34,983 bases of DNA from Candidatus Thorarchaeota archaeon (GTDB lineage: Archaea; Asgardarchaeota; Thorarchaeia; Thorarchaeales; Thorarchaeaceae), in the NCBI GenBank assembly GCA_048884945.1, contig JBHLQJ010000003.1, positions 1 to 34,983 of the forward strand, written 5' to 3'. Positions 10,062-18,085 of this stretch are shown piece after piece. The stretch's first letter is position 1. Each line of letters starts with the position of its first letter. Position numbers and translations under genes: made by a program. The notes beneath the pieces were generated by a model. That model was not told the DNA's origin. It saw nothing but the letters and a program-made list of their open reading frames with translations, and searched no databases.

Positions 10062-10304
10062 ATGTTGTTCCCGATGAAGAATTCAATTTTACATACCGCA
10101 TTTGAAAATGTGGCACCGCATATTGCTAATCTTGAGTCAGTGAAGTTGCTTATTGATGAGATTGAAAAGAAGACTCATTCTCTTGAGTCAGTTTTGAATG
10201 AGTTAGAATCAAGGCTAGAAGAAGCTGAGGTCACCCTTAGAACAGATATACGCATCTTGATTAATGAGTGTCGACACCTAGATAGTAGGAAGACCTCCAA
10301 ATGA
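10062..10304 (+). CDS. Small helical/coiled-coil hypothetical protein
   Basis: Heptad-like L/E-rich sequence; its stop overlaps the lhr start (ATGA). Start may be ATG 10074. Confidence 0.65.
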   Translation: MLFPMKNSILHTAFENVAPHIANLESVKLLIDEIEKKTHSLESVLNELESRLEEAEVTLRTDIRILINECRHLDSRKTSK

Positions 10305-13141
10305 CTGCGTTTGCACCTCTAAGTGAAGAGATAGCTAGCTTCCTCAAGACTAACGGCATTGTTGAATTCACTCCGATTCAGGAAAAAGCAGTACCACTAC
10401 TTCTCACAAGTCGTGAGAATGTACTTCTTCTCGCGCCAACTGGAAGTGGTAAGACAGAGGCCGCATTATTGCCGCTTCTTGATCGTCTACAAGAGATGAA
10501 GAGAGCTCGCGAGCTCTTTGGGTTTTACATCTTGTATATCACACCACTCAGAGCATTGAACCGTGATGTGTTCAAAAGAATCGAGGATTTATGCAACCAC
10601 TTGAATCTCAGTGTTGCGGTTCGTCACGGTGATACAACTCAATATGCTAGAAGAAAACAAGCTATTAAGCCTCCAAACTTACTCATTACAACACCCGAGT
10701 CGCTTCAAGCAATATTGCCAGGAAAGAGATTGAGATATCATCTCAAGACGGTCTTTGCAGTCATAGTCGACGAAGTACATGATTTGGCGGGTAGTAAGCG
10801 GGGAGTACAACTTAGCTTGGGCCTTGAAAGACTTGACAGAGTAGTAGGAACACCGGTGCAACGTATTGGACTGTCTGCTACTGTAGGAAATCCTGATGAG
10901 GTTGCATCACTTTTGGGAGGAAGAAAGTCAGCAAGGACAGTGTGGGCAGGTTATGGTACACGTAAAATGGACCTTAGAGTAGAAGTCCCAGTTCCTATTG
11001 ATAAACATCATACATTATCAAAGAGAATATCATACCCACCTCATTCCGTTGCTCGTTTAGATGCGATTGTAAACCTCATCAATAGTCATCAATCAGTGCT
11101 CGTATTTACCAACACCCGCTCATTTTCAGAGGTGCTAGGAGCAAAAATGCGAGCTGTTTCACCCCCTTTCGAGTTTGATGTCCATCACGGGTCGCTCTCT
11201 AAGAGTGCTCGACTTGCAGCAGAAGACAGACTCAAGAGGGGAATTTCGAGGGCGATAATTGCTACTTCAAGCTTAGAGCTTGGAATTGATATTGGATTAG
11301 CTGACTTGGTGGTACAATACTCGTCACCAAGGGAAGTAGCCAGACTAGTTCAACGAGTCGGAAGAGCCGGCCATGGTGTTGGGAAGTCTTCGAACGGTAT
11401 AATAATCGCTACTGTCAATCTCGATGATATAATCGAGTCAGGAGTTATTCTGAAGCGCGCACGTCAGAACAAGGTAGAGGATACTAAGATTCCCAAGAAA
11501 TCATGGGATGTCCTAGGACATCAAATCGCAGGTGTACTTCTTGACATGGATAGAGTTGGAAAAGACGACCTCCTGAGCATGATTAGCTCAACATATCCGT
11601 TCTCACAGATTACATCAGAGGAGTTCGAAGCGATATTAGAGTTCATGAACGAGAGGAAGGCATTAGAGGTCAGCAATATTTTAGTAAAGAAGGGACCAAG
11701 AACTAGAACCTTCTATTACAATAATCTTAGCACAATTCCTGATGTAAATCAGGTTAACGCAGTAGATATGACAACACGAACATCAATAGGAGTGCTCGAT
11801 GAGGACTTTGTTTCATCTAATGTTGAAGCAGGGTCAGTATTTGTGATTAGAGGACGGCCATGGAATGTGGTCAGAATAGATGATGAAACAGGGGAAGTGT
11901 TGTGTATTCCAGCTAGCGAAACTAACTCTGAGGCTCCACGATGGGTTGGAGAGATGATTCCAGTACCATTTGAGGTTGCATCTGAAGTTGCGAAAGTCTG
12001 GAACACTGTTCTAGATAAAGATCAAGCAACGGTAGTTAAATGGTTAACAAGAGAATATGGAATATCTCCTGACGCGCATCCTTATGTGCTAGATATTTTG
12101 AAGGAGAGTGCTAAGAATCTTGAGAAGCTCCCAAGAGAAGATCTCTTTGTGGTTGAGAGTTTTGATGCAGGATTGGTTCTACATGCACCGTTGGGAACTA
12201 AAGCTAATGAGGCACTAGGTATTGTGATTGCATCACTCCTAACAACACGCTTTGGTATTGAGGTTGCAGTAGAAAGGGATCCCTATCGAGTTCTTTTCAC
12301 TGCTAGCATGAGAATTGATCCAAACTGGATCATAGATGTTCTTCGAGAGTATTCTGGTGAACAAGCATCTGTCATCCTTCGATTGGCTGTAAAACAAACA
12401 CAGAACTTCGCCTCTAGATTCATTCATGTTGCAAGAAGAATGGATGTAATAAAGAGAGATGCAAAACCTAAGGAGGTGCCTGTCAAATATCTTATCAAAT
12501 CGTTAGATGGGACTCCAGTCTTCCAAGAAGCGATGAGAGAAGTCTTGGATGATAAATTAGATGAGAAGAGAGTTATGGATGTCTTCAACAAATACTCCAA
12601 AGGGCAACTCAGTGTTCATATTGTAACTACTGAGAAACCGTCGCCTCTTGCACGACTCATCATTGAAGAGAAGACTAGGTTTGAGGTCATGGGAGAGATA
12701 ACTGATGAAGATGAGGTTCTTCGAATGATGGAGGAACGATTACTCTCTACAAAGTTCAGATTAATCTGTATGGCAGGAAACCACTGGAATTCAGTTAGAA
12801 CCTTGTCTACACTTGATGATGATATCAGATGTCCTATTTGTGAGTCAAGAATGATTACTGCGATGACACCAAAATCAGATGACTTTCCAAAAATCATAGC
12901 GAAACGAATTCGTGGCGAAAAGCTCACAAGAAGTGAGGAGAAGGAACATAGAGCAGCATCCCTTATTGCAGAACTGGTTTCAAGCTATGGAAAGACTGCG
13001 CTACTGGTTCTGGCAGGAAGAGGAATTGGAGCAACCACTGCATCTAGGATTCTCAAACCGGGCTTGAAGGATAGGCTTGATATTCTCAGGGCTATAGCGA
13101 AAGGAGAGCTACAGTATGAAAGAACTCGACCGTACTGGTGA
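10301..13141 (+). CDS. lhr: Lhr-like SF2 helicase with C-terminal Zn finger
   Basis: 'TPIQ', 'APTGSGKT', 'YITPLRALNRD', 'DEVH', 'GLSATVG', 'FTNTR', 'HHGSLSK', 'TSSLELGIDIG', 'QRVGRAGH'; C-terminal C..H/CPIC. Confidence 0.95.
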   Translation: MTAFAPLSEEIASFLKTNGIVEFTPIQEKAVPLLLTSRENVLLLAPTGSGKTEAALLPLLDRLQEMKRARELFGFYILYITPLRALNRDVFKRIEDLCNHLNLSVAVRHGDTTQYARRKQAIKPPNLLITTPESLQAILPGKRLRYHLKTVFAVIVDEVHDLAGSKRGVQLSLGLERLDRVVGTPVQRIGLSATVGNPDEVASLLGGRKSARTVWAGYGTRKMDLRVEVPVPIDKHHTLSKRISYPPHSVARLDAIVNLINSHQSVLVFTNTRSFSEVLGAKMRAVSPPFEFDVHHGSLSKSARLAAEDRLKRGISRAIIATSSLELGIDIGLADLVVQYSSPREVARLVQRVGRAGHGVGKSSNGIIIATVNLDDIIESGVILKRARQNKVEDTKIPKKSWDVLGHQIAGVLLDMDRVGKDDLLSMISSTYPFSQITSEEFEAILEFMNERKALEVSNILVKKGPRTRTFYYNNLSTIPDVNQVNAVDMTTRTSIGVLDEDFVSSNVEAGSVFVIRGRPWNVVRIDDETGEVLCIPASETNSEAPRWVGEMIPVPFEVASEVAKVWNTVLDKDQATVVKWLTREYGISPDAHPYVLDILKESAKNLEKLPREDLFVVESFDAGLVLHAPLGTKANEALGIVIASLLTTRFGIEVAVERDPYRVLFTASMRIDPNWIIDVLREYSGEQASVILRLAVKQTQNFASRFIHVARRMDVIKRDAKPKEVPVKYLIKSLDGTPVFQEAMREVLDDKLDEKRVMDVFNKYSKGQLSVHIVTTEKPSPLARLIIEEKTRFEVMGEITDEDEVLRMMEERLLSTKFRLICMAGNHWNSVRTLSTLDDDIRCPICESRMITAMTPKSDDFPKIIAKRIRGEKLTRSEEKEHRAASLIAELVSSYGKTALLVLAGRGIGATTASRILKPGLKDRLDILRAIAKGELQYERTRPYW

Positions 13142-13742
13142 TGAAAAGAAGCCGATGATTGTATTTGCTGGTAGAAGTAATGTTGGGAAGAGCAGTGCAA
13201 TCCGTGTTCTCACAGGAAAAAAAGTACGAGTGGGTAAAAAACCTGGTAGCACCCGTTGGGAGATGATGATTGATTTTGGACCAATCACTATTGTGGATAT
13301 CCCTGGATTCGGATACATGGCAGGACAAAGTAAGACCAAGATAGAGGAAACAAAAACAACCATTGTTCAAAGATTGGAGTACTGGAGAAACAAACTGATT
13401 ATAGCTGTTCTAATTATCGACCTTTCTCTCTTTAGAGAGCTATATGAAAAGTGGTCGAACCGTGGAGAGATTCCTATTGATGTAGAGTTCTATAGTTTCC
13501 TTTCTGAGATATCGCCCAATGTAGTTGTTGTAGCTAACAAGATAGACAAAATCAAGAAGCGGGCTCTTCAAAATGAGGTTGATTTCTTGCAAACCAAACT
13601 CGAAGAAGTGAGCTCAGGAAAGAAACCCATTATAATACTTACATCTGCTCAGAAAAGAGAAGGATTCTCAGATTTGGTATCAATTATAGACAACCTGTTA
13701 ATGAAACAGGGTATGGATAGACCCAGATGGGCGATTACATAA
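13116..13742 (+). CDS. engB: GTP-binding protein EngB/YihA family
   Basis: G1 GRSNVGKS, G2 PGST, G3 DIPGFG, G4 NKID, G5 TSA; archaeal EngB motif 'GEIPIDVEFY'. Confidence 0.9.
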   Translation: MKELDRTGDEKKPMIVFAGRSNVGKSSAIRVLTGKKVRVGKKPGSTRWEMMIDFGPITIVDIPGFGYMAGQSKTKIEETKTTIVQRLEYWRNKLIIAVLIIDLSLFRELYEKWSNRGEIPIDVEFYSFLSEISPNVVVVANKIDKIKKRALQNEVDFLQTKLEEVSSGKKPIIILTSAQKREGFSDLVSIIDNLLMKQGMDRPRWAIT

Positions 13743-14829
13743 TCTTCTTGAGTATATAGATTGCTACACCTACCGCTAAGATGACCGATGAGATGATGAG
13801 CATTGGAACAATTGCACTTGGGGGTTCGATGAAATCTTCCGACAACCAGCCCATGATATTCATGAAGAGTCGTGCATTGTCACCCATGTAGAACCATCGG
13901 TCGTCAGTATCTGGATGATCTAGCCCTCTGCCGGTAAACATGAGTGTAGAGCCAATTATGACAATCCTACTTTCGTTATACTCGAGAGCAGAAATCCAAG
14001 ATGGGAATGTTCCATTTATTGCGGAGTAAGAAAGAGGATCCTGCTCAAAGTCTGAAAGGGTCATATTTGGAAAGGAGTAGTTTGCCCATGTGTTTGGTCC
14101 GTTTCTGAACTGTGCAAACGTAGTATCATAACCTGAAGCGATTCCACTTGACAATTCGATAGGTTTGAGGGTGGCGGTCATTGTGTAGAGCTCGTTAATG
14201 TTTCTGAATATTGGGTGATTTGCCTCCCAAGTTGTCATATCTAATTTTATCATGTATGGGTATGATGCATTGAACACACTATGGTCGTAATCAAACATTG
14301 TATCTGAATAGAAATTAATTGCACTAGTTTGATTAACGCTGAACCTAACACCAGTCACATTGATGCTATCAAGAAGGTCATTAATTGCGATGTTATCGCC
14401 CATGTCTTGCATAAGTGCATCAGCCCAATATCTGGAGCTCTGTGTAATGGTGGGGTCACCCAAAACGAATAACGAACTACCATTTGCAAGCATTTCCGCG
14501 ATTCCTTCAGACTCTGCAGCTGTAAATGGTGAGCTTTCGTCCGGTCCGGCAATTATGAGAATGTCAACGCCATTAAGGACTTCGTCTGTCAGATCATCAG
14601 TAGTGACTCGTACCATATATCTTGTTGATTCATTAACCGCATCAAGCATGAGTTTCAAGCCTGTTTCTGCATTGCTTGCAGCATGCTGCGGGCCATGACC
14701 AGCGTCATAGAGTACTAGTATGGGATCAAGATCCGCTTGAGCTCTAACCCCTATCTGAAAACTGGATAAGAGAATTATTACGGTCACTGCTACTGCAAGT
14801 ACTCTTTTAGCAATCCTGAGCTGATTCAT
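13735..14829 (-). CDS. Secreted, C-terminally membrane-anchored glycoprotein with a probable GATase-like (GIFT/DUF4350-type) domain
   Basis: Signal peptide ending VRA-Q; 'VLYDAGHG', 'L.GVDILIIAGP....FTAAE', 'GSSLFVLGD', 'SRIVIIGS', 'DNARLFMNIMGWL'; C-terminal TM helix plus KK; 9 N-x-S/T sequons. Confidence 0.65.
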   Translation of the reverse strand: MNQLRIAKRVLAVAVTVIILLSSFQIGVRAQADLDPILVLYDAGHGPQHAASNAETGLKLMLDAVNESTRYMVRVTTDDLTDEVLNGVDILIIAGPDESSPFTAAESEGIAEMLANGSSLFVLGDPTITQSSRYWADALMQDMGDNIAINDLLDSINVTGVRFSVNQTSAINFYSDTMFDYDHSVFNASYPYMIKLDMTTWEANHPIFRNINELYTMTATLKPIELSSGIASGYDTTFAQFRNGPNTWANYSFPNMTLSDFEQDPLSYSAINGTFPSWISALEYNESRIVIIGSTLMFTGRGLDHPDTDDRWFYMGDNARLFMNIMGWLSEDFIEPPSAIVPMLIISSVILAVGVAIYILKKIM

Positions 14830-14911
14830 TTTGATATTCCGACCTTATGGCTCAGTCAGCGTGCCTGACCTTTGGCCGTGTTTTAAAGTTATCTTCATAT
14901 GCCGTTGGTGA

Positions 14912-15307
14912 TTAATCCGTTCTTCGCCAATCGATATACAGCTTACGTCGTTCTTTGTCTGTAGATATGCGAGTTTCATATTCCTCACGAATCTCAGCAA
15001 TTCTCTGAGCCAAGAGATGGTAGCACATGTTGGTTTCCCGTGAAATGACTGCTTCCTGATAGAAACTTCTGCAGGTACAGTATAATTCGGGAATCACGAG
15101 GTATTGACGACCACGACCTTTCACAATCCAAGTCACTGATTCACTTGGGCTGAACTTGTATCTGACAATTTTCCGCTCTTCCACAGTCCTCAAAGCTTTA
15201 ACAAACTTCTTCCCATACTTGTTTTTAAAATACTCAATGTCTTCTTGTGTAAGATTTTCTTTTGAGAGCCGAAGTATTTCGGATTGTGGAAGGGACATAA
15301 TATTCAC
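14912..15307 (-). CDS. SWIM zinc-finger protein, SWS1/ZSWIM7-like
   Basis: C-T-C-x15-C-Y-H-LLA motif in a stand-alone ~130-aa protein. Confidence 0.8.
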   Translation of the reverse strand: MNIMSLPQSEILRLSKENLTQEDIEYFKNKYGKKFVKALRTVEERKIVRYKFSPSESVTWIVKGRGRQYLVIPELYCTCRSFYQEAVISRETNMCYHLLAQRIAEIREEYETRISTDKERRKLYIDWRRTD

Positions 15308-15362
15308 TCCATTTTCTTACATAACCATGTTAAAATGTTGTATATTAGAAAGCAAAACAACA

Positions 15363-16214
15363 ATGGAAACCGTATTTGATGACAGAAGCATGGTAATCAC
15401 AACTGATGATTCTTCAGTCCTTCTAATATCAGACCTTCACTTAGGGATTGAAGAAGAGCTGGCTGAGAGCCGAGGAGTACGTTTTCCCTATCAACATCCA
15501 GCCATGTTAGAAAGAATTGAAGTCTTAGTAGGGAAGTACAGTATATCACATCTGTTTATCATCGGAGATGTAAAACACTCGATTCTTACTGACAGTCACT
15601 ATAATTGGGAAATTATACCAGAGTTCATGAAAACACTTTCGGATTATGTGGAAACAACTGTAATCCCAGGGAATCATGATGGTGATTTGAGAGCATTACT
15701 TCCTCGAAATATCAGTGTCACTGATGCATATGGTATATTGATTGGTTCTACAAATGAAAAGGTTGGTCTTCTGCACGGTCATTCTTGGCCTGCTGGAAAT
15801 ATTTTGGATGCCAAAATGATTGTCATTGGCCACAATCATCCAACGGTTCGAAGACATAGAGATGTATCTGTCCCTGAGATTGGTCGCGCCTCAAGACGAC
15901 GATATGCAGGGACTGTACCGGTTGTTCTGAGGTCGAAGTTAGACAAAAACTGCGTTAGAAATGCAATCGGAGCACTTGAGATTCCTGAAGACCCGGAATG
16001 CACTTTGATTACTCTTCCAAGCTTCAACGAACTTCTGCCAGGGGTTTCCGTTAATTATCCTAAGTCTGTATTTCTTGGTCCCTTCTTCGAAAATCAGTGC
16101 GTGCACTTTTCAGATTCAGAGGTTTACAGCATTGATGGAATTTTTTTGGGGTCTGTGGAGTGGCTTCGAGAACGTTTCAACGAAATGATTAAATCCAGTC
16201 TAAGCAGGGACTGA
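15363..16214 (+). CDS. Calcineurin-like metallophosphoesterase (MJ0037/Lhr-associated type)
   Basis: DLHLG, GDVKH, GNHD, HGH, GHNHP, LPSFN motifs. Start reassigned to ATG 15363 because the longer ORF overlaps the SWIM gene. Confidence 0.88.
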   Translation: METVFDDRSMVITTDDSSVLLISDLHLGIEEELAESRGVRFPYQHPAMLERIEVLVGKYSISHLFIIGDVKHSILTDSHYNWEIIPEFMKTLSDYVETTVIPGNHDGDLRALLPRNISVTDAYGILIGSTNEKVGLLHGHSWPAGNILDAKMIVIGHNHPTVRRHRDVSVPEIGRASRRRYAGTVPVVLRSKLDKNCVRNAIGALEIPEDPECTLITLPSFNELLPGVSVNYPKSVFLGPFFENQCVHFSDSEVYSIDGIFLGSVEWLRERFNEMIKSSLSRD

Positions 16215-16225
16215 TTTGGACTCAT

Positions 16226-16302
16226 GGGTCGGTGGTCTAGTTTGGTATGATTCTTGGTTCGGATCCAAGGGATCGCGAGTTCAAATCTCGTCCGGCCCAC
16301 CA
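16226..16302 (+). tRNA. tRNA-Pro (anticodon CGG), CCA encoded, no intron
   Basis: Acceptor GGGTCGG/CCGGCCC, anticodon stem CTTGG/CCAAG with loop TT-CGG-AT, T arm GCGAG-TTCAAAT-CTCGT, discriminator A then CCA. Confidence 0.95.
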
Positions 16303-16335
16303 TATCTAATTCTAAGTCAAAATGCCTGTCTTTTC

Positions 16336-16938
16336 TCAAGTTCTTCTACTGGGACCAAATCGTAGAGTGGGATAAAGAGTGATTATCAGGACAATCACAC
16401 CACCTAGTGGATAGATAATGTTTCCACTAAGATAGAGTGTGAAAATCTGTATGACGAGGATTACTTGCAGTGTTATGAGTAGTGGAACAGACCGCATTTG
16501 TTGTTTTCGTACAATTAGGTTTTTTCTGTCAATGAGAGTGAGAATACCCACAAGAGCCACAACAAACACAAGGAGTATTAATCCAAGATATAAGCCAGAG
16601 AAATAATGTTGTGCATGGATAAAATGGGATTGGTCTTCTTGTAAAGCAGACTGAAGTAGGGGAATTCCTTCTGGCCACCCAAAACTTATCATGTAGCTGA
16701 ATAGATTCGCATCATAGTTTCGATATTGCTGAATACAAAATGGATATGCTACTGGTGAGAAGACCCGTATAGCTTCGTTTTCGCCTAACGGTATTGTTAT
16801 GATAGGTGGGAAACTGGCCAACACTGCGACTATGTAAGAAGTGATAAGTCCGACAGACAAAGGGACAACTATCTTCTCTGTCATTGATTCGCTAGCTAGA
16901 AGCCACGCAATAACAACAATAACAATTACGATGAGCAA
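16336..16938 (-). CDS. Hypothetical multi-pass membrane protein (islet cargo)
   Basis: About 5 hydrophobic segments; TTG start with GGAG upstream; lies between the tRNA repeats. Confidence 0.7.
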   Translation of the reverse strand: MLIVIVIVVIAWLLASESMTEKIVVPLSVGLITSYIVAVLASFPPIITIPLGENEAIRVFSPVAYPFCIQQYRNYDANLFSYMISFGWPEGIPLLQSALQEDQSHFIHAQHYFSGLYLGLILLVFVVALVGILTLIDRKNLIVRKQQMRSVPLLITLQVILVIQIFTLYLSGNIIYPLGGVIVLIITLYPTLRFGPSRRT

Positions 16939-17001
16939 TCTTCCACTCCCGTTTACTACCCTACTAGTATAATATCACATTCTGAACTTATTCTTTCCGA
17001 A

Positions 17002-17026
17002 AGTTCGAATCTCGTCCGGCCCACCA
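17002..17026 (+). repeat. Duplicated tRNA-Pro 3' end (att-like site)
   Basis: T loop, acceptor 3' strand and CCA only; followed by a T-tract at ~17033-17037. Confidence 0.88.
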
Positions 17027-17050
17027 CTCATCTTTTTCTGAAATTCCGCA

Positions 17051-17572
17051 GTGTTATATGTTTTTGAAGCATATTCTGGGTGTGATTATCGAGAAGAAGG
17101 GTGTATTGTGAAGGCTTCAGCCAAAATCATTGCTGGAGTAGCCATTTGTATTGTCATAATTGGTTCATTCTGGTTCCTGTATGGTTCAAACAATTTTGGA
17201 GTGCCTTTCGAAACAATTGACAAGGGAGAAATATCAGGTTACGAATCGAGGGACAATGTCGCAGTACGAGATGAACTTGCTTGGGAGGATCTTTGGACAG
17301 AGATGCAGAGTATTTACTCACATCCTGATGATTTGCCTGAGGTTAACTTTGCAAAAGAGATTGTCATAGCTGTATTCCGTGGTTATTGTGGTTCCAATGG
17401 ATATTCAATCACTATCACACAGATTGTTGTAACAGATTTTAACTATGTAGTCTATGTTCAAGAGTCAAGTCAAGGGGGTATGCTCACGGTTGTGACATAT
17501 CCATATCATGTGGTCAAGGTTTCAGATTATCCATTGAATCTCCCAGTTCAGTTTGTGTTTAGCATGGTCTGA
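17051..17572 (+). CDS. Membrane-anchored protein with a PrcB C-terminal-like domain
   Basis: N-terminal TM; 'LPEVNFAKEIVIAVFRG...NGYSITITQI...VTYPYHVVKV'. Start may be GTG 17108. Confidence 0.72.
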   Translation: MLYVFEAYSGCDYREEGCIVKASAKIIAGVAICIVIIGSFWFLYGSNNFGVPFETIDKGEISGYESRDNVAVRDELAWEDLWTEMQSIYSHPDDLPEVNFAKEIVIAVFRGYCGSNGYSITITQIVVTDFNYVVYVQESSQGGMLTVVTYPYHVVKVSDYPLNLPVQFVFSMV

Positions 17573-17587
17573 AGCAACACGCTACTA

Positions 17588-18085
17588 TTAGTTCTTCATA
17601 GACAAAGCATAAAGAATGATAGCTGCTGTACCTGCAGGTCCAATATCGACTTGAGCATCTAGACTCCGACATTCTCCTAGGTCCATTTCCTTTCTGGAGA
17701 AAGAGCTATTGCTACCAGAGAGTATGATTACTATTCGTTCTTCTGCTTTTACTCGCTCAGATAGATGATTCAAGTCTAGGCGTTCTTTTGTGAGTACAGG
17801 CGATGTGATTAGTAGGGGATTTTCAATGGTCAAAACTTCCAAGACATCCTTGAGGTCAGGCAAGACCATGAAGTTCCGTTTCATCTTCATGGCTAATCGA
17901 TTGGCTTCAGGGACACCAGCTTGTGCAGCTGAACCCTCAGCTTTGGAAACCACAAAGTTTGAGAATCCAAGTCCGTATACTACCTGAGCTGTTTCGGCTG
18001 TTTTTGATGCTGAATGGACATTATGCAAGACCACATAGATATTCTTGGGGGAGTCAGACAATTTTAGCACAAACCTCCTGTGCAA
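17588..18085 (-). CDS. DUF2122/COG4080 SPOUT-fold putative RNA methyltransferase
   Basis: 'VVLHNVHS...VVSKAEGSAAQAGVPEANRLAMK...VLPDLKD.LE.L', 'SG...FSRKE..LG', 'DIGPAG.AAIILY'. Confidence 0.75.
   Translation of the reverse strand: MHRRFVLKLSDSPKNIYVVLHNVHSASKTAETAQVVYGLGFSNFVVSKAEGSAAQAGVPEANRLAMKMKRNFMVLPDLKDVLEVLTIENPLLITSPVLTKERLDLNHLSERVKAEERIVIILSGSNSSFSRKEMDLGECRSLDAQVDIGPAGTAAIILYALSMKN

Larger units (their letters stand above)
16278..17026. mobile_element. Small tRNA-Pro-anchored genomic islet (att-like direct repeats, no integrase)
   Basis: AGTTCAAATCTCGTCCGGCCCACCA (16278-16302) is repeated as AGTTCGAATCTCGTCCGGCCCACCA (17002-17026), 24/25 identical, enclosing one ORF. Confidence 0.75.

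Noticed and set aside
15156-15362. N-terminal extension of the phosphoesterase ORF
   Set aside because: Overlaps the SWIM gene on the opposite strand; family-like sequence begins near ATG 15363.
17002-17026. Split or permuted tRNA half
   Set aside because: Only the T loop and acceptor 3' strand are present, with no BHB-forming leader; an att-type duplication is simpler.
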